Assembly (NCBI GenBank): GCA_050575255.1
Contig: JBNZDD010013686.1
Coordinates: 3,964,801-4,028,800, forward strand
Direction of reading: 5' to 3'
From: Harriotta raleighana
Lineage: Eukaryota
DNA: 64,000 nt
Positions within the stretch are counted from its first letter, which is position 1. Each line of letters starts with the position of its first letter. The position numbers and the translations under genes were made by a program. Positions 28,752 to 40,460 of the stretch are shown piece after piece. The notes beneath the pieces were generated by a model. It did not search any database, had not been told where the DNA came from, and worked only from the letters and a program-made list of their open reading frames with translations.

Positions 28752-31206
28752 ACTTGTAGCTAGTGTAAACTCCTGATCTGCTAATGCTTCCCTTGAGTGT
28801 TCTTTGCATCTAAAGGAAGCAGATCATCAGCACAGGAGGATGTACTGTGTTGTAGCTCCTGAAGAGTAGTGATGCATGGCTACTGAAACAATACTCAGTC
28901 TTAAATCGAATTTAATGCGGATTGTTAATGGTGTAACGTTTAAATAGATATATTACATTTAAAAAATAACAGAGAGCCAGAGGATTAAATGCACACCTGG
29001 GCCCCAGTTGAGAAACCCACCAAAGATTGCATCTTTGCTTTTATAGCAGAATCTTCACTTGAAATACTTACTTCATGGATATTATTTAAAAATATATAGT
29101 TTTGCAATTTCCTTGGGTGGATTATGTGATTTTGATGCATGCTGTTGAAAGCCCTTGACATTGCTGCTTTCGATTGCTGCTCTCAAACAACTGGGCTTGG
29201 CTGCAATCAATTTATTAATAAAAAAAGGCACTCTTGATACCTTCCGACAGATTACATTAATTTTCCCTTTTGCACTGACTCATTATTTGTTTTGTGAAAG
29301 CATTGTGATAACTAATTCAGTTGGAGCATTTGTTATGCCTGAAAATGTACTGAGAGGAATACATGTTGGAAAGGGATCTAGGGTTTAAACAGGAAATAAA
29401 TAACTCTTTGACTTTTAAACTTGACTGCTGAATACCTCTCCTTGGTGATTTAGTGGTTGAGAAGTTCCATCACTCTCACAAATGAACTACGGCTTCATTG
29501 TCAGCTTTGAAATGTTGTATCTCCATTCTGTAGTTATTACTAACCATTAGTTTAGGCTACATGATTTTATAAAGGCATCACTATTTTCTGACATTAAGTT
29601 AACAGGGAACTTAAATCTACAGTATTAATCCAGACGTGTTTTGGCATAGCTGATTAAACCATACTTGTAGATGCCAATATTTCTGCATATGTGTTGATAT
29701 TTAATTGGGGGTTTTAGTGCAACTTGGGTAAAATACAGCTTAGTGTTTACCATATATTGCCAATATTACCTTCCATCAGCTTCATCAATGCTGTCAAATT
29801 AGCTGGAAGGTGGAGATGCCGTCCTCACTTTTCGAGCTGAATGAATGGCAATGACACAGAGATAAAGCGATGTAGAGGGACAAGAGCATGTACAGATAAC
29901 TGGAAAGAGCAAAAACATGTTCTGCAAACAGTAAAAAAAAGCTACTGCAGACATTCCTTGTATCCCCTAAAATAATTACTTGACGTTCTGCATGCCTTTA
30001 TTCCCTCATGAATAACTTTATGGCAAGCAATAACCTGAGCTGATTTTACAGGAAAATCACCTCAGGATGAGAATGTACTCTGGGGTAAACTTTGCCTAGG
30101 TGCAAGTGTGCTTTATGTGGTTCTGGGACAGTTATAGATTGCAGTCTGACTGTCCACTCAAGCATGTATTCTGTAAAATGCATTAGCAGCAGTCTGCAAG
30201 ACCACAAAATAGATGTATTAAGGAAATTTACTTTTAAATTGTTTTTCAGAGTCATAATATAGCAGGTCAGTAATCAAATTGTACCTCATAACACAGGCTG
30301 TAAAGAATGTGATTAGTGGCGACAGGGAAGACTCCACATTGAATTATTATTTGATGGCTTAGTAACACACACTTTCACATGATAAGATATGAAAGCACCA
30401 AGGTCATTACTATCTACTAAATTAGCATTTCAGGGACTTGCCTCTCACAGGGTGAATTATGGTATACATCATGTACTGAGGTATCTGTGCATCACAGGCA
30501 ATGCAGATTCAATTATTTATGTACCCCCTGAAGTGGGTCACAAGGTCACTTCCTTATGCTATTCTCAGCACATAATCACCAGACTTTCATGTCACCATCC
30601 AAAACAGGGTGTAGGATGTGTTTGCTCCAAATCTCTGGAGCTAATTACACCAATAAAGTACTGCATACTAATATGTACGCTTTATATTTTTGTTAACAGC
30701 AAATTGACTCAACTGACAAATGCAAAGTAGTATTTTTCACTCTATTTCATCAAATTGTGTAAATTCTAGACTGTAAATTTTGACTATTAGTCAAGTGCAT
30801 CATATTTAGAGGCTCATACACTCATCATAAGTCATGGGGAAATCAGAGAAATTGAGTGAATAGTTAAAGAAGTGAGAGAGTGCTGAATATAGAACGGTTT
30901 CAATGCCATCAGTGGCAAAGAGATTCCAAACGCCAAGCAGAAGTGATTGACGGGAAACAAAAGCATGGCATTTGGGCCTATCAAAGCCAGAAAATGGGTT
31001 TAATTGAATAATTCATAGATCAAGAAATCCACATGTGGGTTAATTTTGAATGTGATTTATGCTTCAGCAGAATTGCATTGCATGAAATAAAAGGATGGAA
31101 AATGCGATGTGATAATTATAACCCATGTACTCTTATGTGCGATGAATCCTGTAACTTCTGGACAGCCTATATTGCTTGTTTCCTTAGCTGACTTTTTCTG
31201 CAGCTC

Positions 31207-31392
31207 AAATAATAATAATAATCCTTGCATTTGATATAGCTCTTGTCTCGTCTTCTAGACATCTCAAAACATTTCACAGAATATACTGTAAACAACAACA
31301 ACAAAATTACATTTGTAGAGCATCTTTCACGTTGGGAGGATGGATGTCCCAAGGTGCTGAGTGAATTGACAGTATATTTATGGGTGAAACAC
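31207..31392 (-). mobile_element. Family A SINE 3' fragment interrupted by a second retroposon tail
   Basis: Consensus ctgtaaagtgaattgac is split by an insert of about 67 bp (31293-31359). Confidence 0.8.
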
Positions 31393-31608
31393 TCTAAAAA
31401 AGAAAGGAAAGGTGTTACTCCACTGGTTCACTGTGACGATAACTCAAGCAAGTGTCATGAACATCAGCAGCTGAGAGGGTGCTCAGTCCACCGCATACCC
31501 TCACCCCAGGAATATTTTCACCCACAGCTATGGTGGTGGATAACATCCTCCAGTATAAAATGCTTTCACTTAGGGGATGTAGTGTACAACAAATGGAGAG
31601 GAAATATA

Positions 31609-32073
31609 CAGTAAAAGCCCGTTTATCCGGCACCCTCGGGAAATGGCTGATGTCGGTTAAACAATATGCCGGATATTTGGTCGAATATCTGACACTGAAA
31701 ACCCAACACATAAAAAAACTTACTTTAACAAATACCATATTACAGTAATAATAGACTAAACAATAACAGATAATAACAGACCTTTCTTATTCACCTATAA
31801 ATTCACCTCAAAATCATCTTTGCTGGTAGATGCCTGGTTTGAAGCCATGATGCAGTCTATTGATAACTTCTGCAATGCCGGATGCAACGCGAGGGAAAAA
31901 AACGCCAACGCCAATTTAAGGCAGCATTTGGAAATACAGATACGAGGGGGAAAAAATGCACCACCACGATTTTGCTGGATAAGATCCAGTTATTTGAATG
32001 GGGACCTTTTTTTTGAGGTACCGTTATACGGAAGTTACGATTGATTGAGTCATGGATAAACGGGCTTTTACTG
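31609..32073. mobile_element. Non-autonomous pogo/Tigger-like DNA transposon (MITE), 465 bp
   Basis: Perfect 20-bp TIRs cagtaaaagcccgtttatcc / ggataaacgggcttttactg flanked by TA on both sides. Confidence 0.92.
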
Positions 32074-33508
32074 TACAAATTTATACTTGTATGAGATTGG
32101 GAGGACGTGGCAAAGCGCTTTAACAGTCATGGCTGGGCAATATAACAATCCATGCGTTTTACACTTATAATGTGTGGATTGATAAACCAGCAATTTGAGT
32201 AAATATACTATAATCAAGACGAGAAATAATGTTTTCCAAAGGCCCGATGTCGATAATGTAGAGCAGAATAACCTGAATTAACAAATTTGTACTGCAATAT
32301 TTTACCATTACCAAAATTCAATGCACTTTGAAATGGTACAAAGTATTACAATGAAAACAATTGCATATTCGATGCAAAGAGCCATTGTTTGGGGAAATTA
32401 TAAAGTTGGTAAGACATTGTAAGACATGAAAGTAAAGGGAGGTTAGGATTTATTTTGCCAAAGTAAATGGTCATATATTACTCTTCTGATGCCTATTAAA
32501 CTGTCAAACAGACAAGGAATTGGCAGCCCAAGTAAGAATGGTCTGGATTTGGCAGCAGTCTGCAAGTACAGCTGTCTCACTGCTGGGTGTTGGTATTTTG
32601 GCGTTTGGCAGCAAAGCACATAATAATCCTTGCATGTGTAAAGAATAGCAGTTTTATAGGAACCATTTATTTGACATAAACTTGAAAGTAAAAATCACAT
32701 AATATGGTAATGTATTATGATTACTCTGGAGTACATAACACTATGGCCGTAGGGCTTTACACAGTTATTGCAAAGTTAGTGTTCCTTTCTCATAAGACGC
32801 TTACTTATGTAAGTTTATATTTAGATTGTTTTTTGAAAAACTGCCACCCCGGCTCAAGTGTTAACCTGCCTTACTGCTCTGCTTATTTCCATTGGATAAT
32901 TAGACTATTGGGCTTTTGCTTTCACACCCTGACAGAATTAAAGCAATGGTTAATGAAACAGAATCAATACTACCCTTTCCATCAAATAGCACCATCATTT
33001 CATTTCCTTAAAAAGCTTGAGAAATTATTTTTATTTGGATATGAAAGCATTATTTTGGGCCCAGTCGTTCCGCTCTAAATTGTAAAGACATTCTGATCTC
33101 TGAGTAATTACTGCTATGTTCCTACTTAAATCCTAAACTGTTATCAGTATAACATCAGTTATTAGTGTAACATGCCATAAATTGGAGACGTGCCAGTTTA
33201 ACAACAGGCACATTAACTCCCCAATAACAGGAAAAGAACAGTTGATCCTGGTCAGATCAGTTGGTAGTACTGTACCTTCCATTTTGTTGGTGGTTGCAGC
33301 ACTGTCTTTGTGAGATAAATGTTTTTTTATCTAGTATTTTAGAGCAACAAGAATTTGACAAATTGTTGAATCCAGCCTTAATATTTGAAATCTATTTTAT
33401 ATAATGCTTTACAGAATTTAGAAAAAAAAACTACAGTATTTCAGAACGTACCAAATTCTGGATGCTCTAAATGTTACATAGAGTAAAAATTATACAGTAG
33501 TAAATATA

Positions 33509-34125
33509 CAGTAAAAGCCTATTTATCCGTCACCCATCGGACATGGCCAGTGGCGGTTAAACGTTTTTCCGGGTGAACATTTTTTAAAAATTAAATTAAA
33601 AATTATTTCAACACATACCACATTAATAATAGACTAAATAATAAAATATAATAACAATATTGTATGGGTATTTTATTGTAAATGTTGTACACTGTACATA
33701 TAAATAATAGAGTAAATACAGTAATGACAGATACTGTAATAACAGAATATTTTATGGCTACTTTATTGTAAATGTTGAACAATACTATATAAATCTTAGA
33801 CTAAATACAGCAAGAACACATATTATAATAACAGAATATTGTAATAGTACTTTATTATTTATGCTAAACTTCTGCAATGGGCACCACGGGAGGAAAACAA
33901 AACGTCAGCACGACTTTTTTTAAAAACGGCAGTAACGCGAGTTTAGGCTCGACTCGTGGCCAGCCGATATACCCGCACAGTACTTGCATGCAACAATCGA
34001 TTCACTAAATGCGTCATCACTATTTTGCTGGATAACTTCCGGTTTATCGAATCGGGACTTTTTTTGAGCTGCTGGTTCAACAGGTTTTCCTGTTCATCAA
34101 GTCACAGATAAATGAGCTTTTACTG
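33509..34125. mobile_element. Same MITE family, 617 bp, with AT-rich internal repeats
   Basis: TA-cagtaaaagcctatttatcc ... agataaatgagcttttactg-TA; shares internal taataatagactaaa with the other copies. Confidence 0.85.
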
Positions 34126-34153
34126 TAATAGTAATTCAGTAGTAACCAAAAGC

Positions 34154-34263
34154 AATAATAATCTGTGCATTTGATATCGCATCTTATCACGTCTTTGAGA
34201 CATCTCAAAACCCTTTATAGAATATACTGTAAAGTAAATTGACCATATATTTTGTGGGTGAAA
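34154..34263 (-). mobile_element. Family A SINE 3' fragment
   Basis: aataataatctgtgcatttgatatc...gaatatactgtaaagtaaattgac. Confidence 0.8.
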
Positions 34264-35779
34264 TCTAGATGAATTTGGAGTTCTCAGCAATAGTTGGGGC
34301 AGAGTAGAGAAATCATCACTTTGATGGATTCAGCCCAGTTCATTTGGAAGGATAAAGAGCTATGCAACAGATTGACACTCCAGACAACCAGCAGAACAAG
34401 CTTTTAGCAGTAAAACTTGACTTATGGCCTTAAAAAGTATATTTTCATCATGGATAATAAAATTCCTCTTTACTGATAAACGTCACCGCGTGTTACTGCA
34501 TGTGTCAGAAGATAATAATTGCAGTATGTGAGATGTCTCAGTTAGTTATTCGTGCTTCCTATCAGTAATCAATTGCACTGCTGGCTACCAAACAAATGTT
34601 AATTATGTAAGTGTGGCGAGGCCTATTCACCAGACCTTTGTCTGCTGTTAAATTAAAAAGCTATTACTGTTCTGAAAGTTATTTTACAGTTGACCAAAAC
34701 GCTGCATGTTTCTGCTGCAAAAGTGACCATTGTTCACCGTGACTATTCCAGTAGCAAAACAGCTACTCAAGCATTCACTTTATAAAACAAATTATGATAC
34801 AAAGCAGCATTTCTGATAAAGAAGAGAAAGGGCAAAGTGTTTAAATGATCACAATTCCGAGGTTTGGGTGGAAACCAAGTATCGCAATACAATAATTTTC
34901 ACCTCTATTGTCGCACTTTCATTTTATGAGTTTTAAAACTGTTAATGTGAGCAAATCATCTGCAATGACACAATGTATAGGACAAATTATCAAAGGGTGA
35001 CATTGAAATTCTGGTGAGGAGATCTTTAAGCACGTTATACAAGTGCCTGTAACAGCATGCTCCTTGAAAACTTTTATGCACATGCAGAGGTGAACTTGAA
35101 CTGTAAATATGCTGAATAAGGTAATAGCGTACTTTGGTCAGCACATTATTGGGGTAATTCTCCATGAAGCAAAGCCAGACAGAAGGCCAATGGGAAAAGG
35201 GGGTGAGGGGGAGATTTGGAGGGAGACAATGATTGCCTCACCAAATTAACTTTGCCAATGAGCTAATGGAAAATCCATTGATACTTTGGAGCCATAGAGT
35301 CATTTATCACAGCTTTTTGGTGCCTGCAGCAATTTAAAAAAATATTAAGCGAGCCTTAATACTAAGGAAATCAGAACTGTGGAAAATGTAGATGAAAATT
35401 CAGAAGCATTTTCATTCGACTGATCCAATGTTGGATTGGAATATTTCTTTTTTGAGAAATTGTTTTCACGTTCACACTTTTCACTTACAGCATATTTATT
35501 ACACCAGAATATATCATTTCTCTGCACAATGTACATCTAGTAAGTACATTTCTAAAATTGTTAGACTATGTATTTTCTTTATTTCACAATCAATATACAG
35601 TACATCTTTCTGTAAATGTCATATGCATTTAATTCATCACTTGTCCACCGAATAACATGCGTTCACAGACAGGCATATTTCAATTCCTAACAGTAACTCA
35701 ATAGTCAGCCTATCACTTCCCTTGTAAAAAGTTTCAAAACTGGGGACTTGGTTTTAAAATTAAGAGCAAATAGGGAATT

Positions 35780-35836
35780 TTGAATTCATGTATTTTATAT
35801 TAAAGGGTTGTAGACATATGGAATAAATTACCAGCC
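35780..35836 (+). mobile_element. CR1-type LINE ORF2 fragment
   Basis: Translates RVVDIWNKLP. Confidence 0.5.
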
Positions 35837-36147
35837 TAACATTTTACCTAAGAGGAGTTTCTCTTGAGTTCAACGATAACCCACCCAGTAAATGGAGAAC
35901 AGAGTTGGGTCAACTGTTTATGGTGGGCCTGGAATTCTTGTACCTGAGTCAAGCGGGTAGACTGATCAATCAACAATATCGATTGATCAGCCTACCTGGC
36001 TTGTCAAAGACTTTCAATCAAGTAGACAAGTTTCTGCGCTTGGGATTCTGGTGCCATTTTGTAGTGTGCTTATATTCATCAAACTTTCACTATCCAATCT
36101 TATTCTGTGTCTGTGTCTTTTGTAATAGTTCTGTAGTCCAGTGTAGA

Positions 36148-36460
36148 GTCCTGTAGCTCAATGGTTGGAGGAGCATTTGCCTTACAAGTGAGAGATCTGG
36201 GTTCAGTTCCAAGCAGGGTAAAACCTTGGGCAAGTTTCCTTACTCCACACGCCTGATAATAATCCCTCAAAAAAACCAATAACAAATTGGTGATTTAAAT
36301 TCACAATTGTTTTTGGGACACTACTGTGCACAATTGGCTGCTGCGTTTCGCCTACAAATATACAGTCAATTCACTTTACATTATACTCTGTGAAGCCCTT
36401 TGAGGCACCTGGAAAATGTAAAAAGCACTATATCAAATACAAGGATTATTATTCTTATTA
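36148..36460 (+). mobile_element. Full-length young tRNA-headed SINE (family A; partial Deu-domain-type body, (ATT)n tail)
   Basis: A-box-like tagctcaatgg and B-box-like ggttcagttcc; body tgcacaattggctgctgcgtttcgcc; tail gcactatatcaaatacaaggattattatt shared with many copies in the window. Confidence 0.85.
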
Positions 36461-39400
36461 ATAGTGATATAAATATTTTGTCGTAGTCTTTTGTATCAAT
36501 ACATCATCAATGAGCTCAAACACAAATGATAATTTTATGTAATCAGACTTAATCAGAATGCGTTAACTATGCAGGCCATCTATTGACGAGAGCATTAGTC
36601 TTTTCAGTCTAGACTTGCAGAAGAGTCAGACAGATAAATATTTCCTTGTTGAATTTAAGGTGTGCGTCCTGCTGAGAGATCTACAAGCAGGAGAGGTCTA
36701 CAAGCTGCTTTGTGCTGGTAACATTTATTGACAAAGGTTTGCTTGAGAAGAGCTTTCAGTGTTCAGAGTGGTGTGGCCTCTCTTTTTCATCTGACTAAAA
36801 TAGTTCTTTCTAAATTCCCAGTATCTACTACCCTTCACTGCTCGCTTTGTTTTCAGGAGATCAGTTGAACAGAGAAAAAATGTCTTCTCAATGGGATAAT
36901 GTTCAGCCTTTCATAATCCCCATCACAACTTTCATTACAGCTGAACACTAGTAATTGAAGGAGTCTATTAAGTAAGGTTGCTGATAATACTTTCACAAAC
37001 CAGTTCAGACAATGCACTGGGGATGAACAACTGCAGAATGATAGTTGAGTGACGCACTGCAGGCAAAACATTATGAATCATGACCATTTGGGCACTTATC
37101 TAACGGGAGACATAAATGTTTTTTTTCTTTGAAAGAAACAAACATGCTGGTTTGTCCATAATGATATTCAAAATGAAGTACATTTAAATGCTTTGAACAT
37201 ATACTAAATGTACATTTCGAATTAATTGATACTTTTATAATATTAGATGTGTGGAAAACAACGTCTAACTCCGATTTCTCAAATTACAAGCCTCATATAA
37301 GGAACACAAGAAGTACTGCAAATTCGACCCACCACCCCCGCACCCCATGATCTTCCATGTCTATCATTTTTAATATTGACTTTGGAAACATCACTGGAAG
37401 TTTGTTCAATGTGACCTGTAAATGCCCCCTTGTTTGCCCAGTTAGTAAAGCCAATTCCAGTTGTGAAACAGTCACACAGCTGAGGACAGTCCCAGGGTCG
37501 ATATACGTTTTCTGCTAAGTTTGCTGAACTTGGCTAGGATACCATTGGGAGTGCTTCAACAAGCAGTCAGCAGGTGAAGGTCATTTGTGTAATCATAATG
37601 TGAAGGTATTGACCTCCAGAGTGATACCCCAACAGTGAATAGTGTGTAATCAAGCACTCCAGATCACTACCCTCGTGAAGGGCGCCTTTATAAATGCAAG
37701 TTGTTTGTGTGTTTGTTTGTGTTTAATAAGCTGCGGGAAAAATAAGTGGCAATAAATGGACAAGGTACAAAGGACACCTGGTTCCTGCGAAATGAGTAAG
37801 CAGAGGCGAAGATGTAAAAGCTCCTCCACTCCCTTTCGACTTGTGTGCAATACCCAGTTGAGGACGCTATTGAAAGTCTAAAATTTGCTTCATTTAGAGT
37901 GCAAGAGTTTAAGGTTCACCAAGCCCAGAGCTGATCATTTGTGAACACTGTGTCATATTCATTCTGTAGGCTCGTGCTATGCTTACTTTGAAGGGGGAGA
38001 TGTAAAGTCACCTGGAACTTTTATTGTGTAAATGGTATCACAGAAGTTATTTATCACACTAATAAAAATAAGATAAAAAATGGAAAGTGATTGAAAGTTG
38101 TGCTGTATATAAGCAAATAACTTCAACTTGGCATTAGAAATGTTCATTTTATTTGTGATTTTTTGGTACAATTCTGAGGGTTTTTTTGCAACAAGTAATA
38201 ATGTCTGTAAAATAGCACATTTTTAAAGTTCAAATTAGGGCAGAGATAAATTGCAACTTCCACACTTACCCAAGCTATTTATATTCCTGCAATATTTTCC
38301 ACCTTTTTTTTCTTCCTATAACGCAATACAAATTATGACAGCTATATAAATACTTTCCACAAAATGGCATTAGAGATTGTCAGACAATAGTATAAGCAAA
38401 TTTGGTATTTTTCCACTCGCAGTTGTAATCCTGTTTACCACATTCCCGATGGAAGTAAGCATCGATATGTGCATGCTTAATTTCTTCTTTTGTCATGTAA
38501 AGGCAAACCTTTTGTTACTGTAGATCTTCATTGTGCGCATGAAAAGGCAGCAGAGAGAACAGTGAGGTGCCTTCTATCATTTTCTTGTGGCCTCCGCACA
38601 GTTCTCTACTGTACTTCACTAGCTGATGTTCAGCTTGGGTCATCCTCCCGACTGCAAGGCGCTCTAAAAAATGTAATGTTGTTGTTGGGATGCTACCCTA
38701 AGTGAGGGCCGCTATATAAATGAAAGTCGTTGTTGTAATTATTTCTTGCTATTTGATGATGCTTCATCAAGACTGAGAGGATACCTATCACAAAGGTGTG
38801 GCAGGATCGATTGTAAAAGTCTTGTTTCTTTTACTGTTTACCCATTAGACATTTTTCAAAGGATGTGCAAATGGAATCGGTAAGTCTTCGTTGCTCAGAT
38901 TTTCTTTCAGCACCGTAATAAAACACGGTGCTCTCTCCACACCACAACCAGAAAGGAATATCATCACTTCTTGCAGCAGTACACATTTTCCAATTCCTAC
39001 ATCAGTTACCACCTTTGAGGGAGATTGCCATAGTACTGAGAATTTGTGCTCATTGGGTTGAATTTTAGTCAGTTACTTGCTTCATCCATTATTTTCTGTT
39101 ATGTTTTGGGGGTAATGGCACAATGATTGAAACACATTGATATACATATAAAAAACAATCTTGGCTCACTGAGAATGATATTGGATGCATACTTCTAACA
39201 TATAAGCAATAGGTCTTTCGAAGAGCTCTCATTCTTTAAATTACCTTGAACATCACTTTCATTCTTCGCTGCCTCTGCTGGAAGCGGGAAGATTTATGTT
39301 ATGAGTCTACACATCTGTTCATCCATGAACGTGAACTTGTTAGCTCAACAACTTAAAACTGCTTCATTAAATTTTAACTGGACTGATAATTGACTTTCTC

Positions 39401-40129
39401 TTGTCAGCCATTGGGGTTCTTTCAAAATCAAGTGTGTGCGCAAGAGAGATTCACCAATTGACTCTTAAGATAAGCACTCCCAAGAGATTGAATATATTTC
39501 TACTGACCTTTGTAAGTTGACGTTCTTTCAGAAGACCTTTCCATTTTATAATGGACGTACAAGGAACAGAAAATGCATGAATTTGTGAATATGTTTACAA
39601 GGACTTATTTACTAGCTCTATTAACGTGGAGCACTTAACTGCAAACTATAAAGTCGCCTGCAGTCTCAATATTTTATGTTAGAATAAATTTTGAATTTCA
39701 CCTCAACTTCATGAATGACACCGGCTTCCTCCCTGACCTGGGACATCTGCAAAATATGGGTGCAGCAACAGATGTGTCCATATGCACTGGGTTTTCAACT
39801 CAGCAACTGAAAATAATACTTTATTTGAAAACAATTTCAGTTGGCTTTGGGAATTGCTTTGAATCAGACACTGGTTTGAATTTGGAATTCTACAAGGTTG
39901 GCAATTAGCCAAGGATCTGCTTTCCAAAAACAGACAGGGACTTTATTCTGAAGAGTTATTATTTCTATGTTGCCATGAACCACATTGTTCCCCTGTTGTG
40001 GAATGTCTCTGATGACAGAAGGACACTCGTCTCCCACTAATAGGAGAAGACTGAATTCATTTTCTTGAAGCACAAAGTGATTTTTATAAAAGAAATACTC
40101 ATTTGAGTTCTTTCTTTTCTTGAAGCTTA

Positions 40130-40460
40130 ATTCCCTCCCTTTGCTCCTCTCCCCCGTCCTCTCTGTCCTGAAGGAGCTCACTCCTGCTGGGACACATTTT
40201 CATTGATGCCAGCAACTCTTCAGTACTTGACCCAGATGAGAGAGCACTCTTCGTGTGTATGCCCAGACAGTGAGTGTCAGCATCCTGTAGAGCACTATAG
40301 CCTTCCAATTGCTTACACATTCGCCACTGCCAGCAGGGTTACTGGATAGTAAAACAAAGGTGGGTATCGTGGCTGATTTTCTCCCCTTCCGAAGACTGCT
40401 GATACCAATTATAATCTCCTAACTGCCATTCTGGCTGAGATTGGCTGGCTCAGAAATTGA
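40130..40460 (-). mobile_element. Ancient SINE, second family, decayed copy
   Basis: cagacagtgagtgtcagc...ccagcagggttactggatag...tggctgattttctcccc...ggctgagattggct shared with 57395-57717. Confidence 0.5.

Noticed and set aside
36148-36222. Possible functional tRNA-Val gene
   Set aside because: It continues directly into SINE body and tail, with mismatched stems and a degenerate B-box; it is a SINE head.
38909-38932. 8-bp hairpin agcaccgt/acggtgct with AATAAA in the loop, just after a tttctttcag acceptor-like site
   Set aside because: Too short to exceed chance in 64 kb, and nothing else supports an intronic polyadenylation site or terminal exon.
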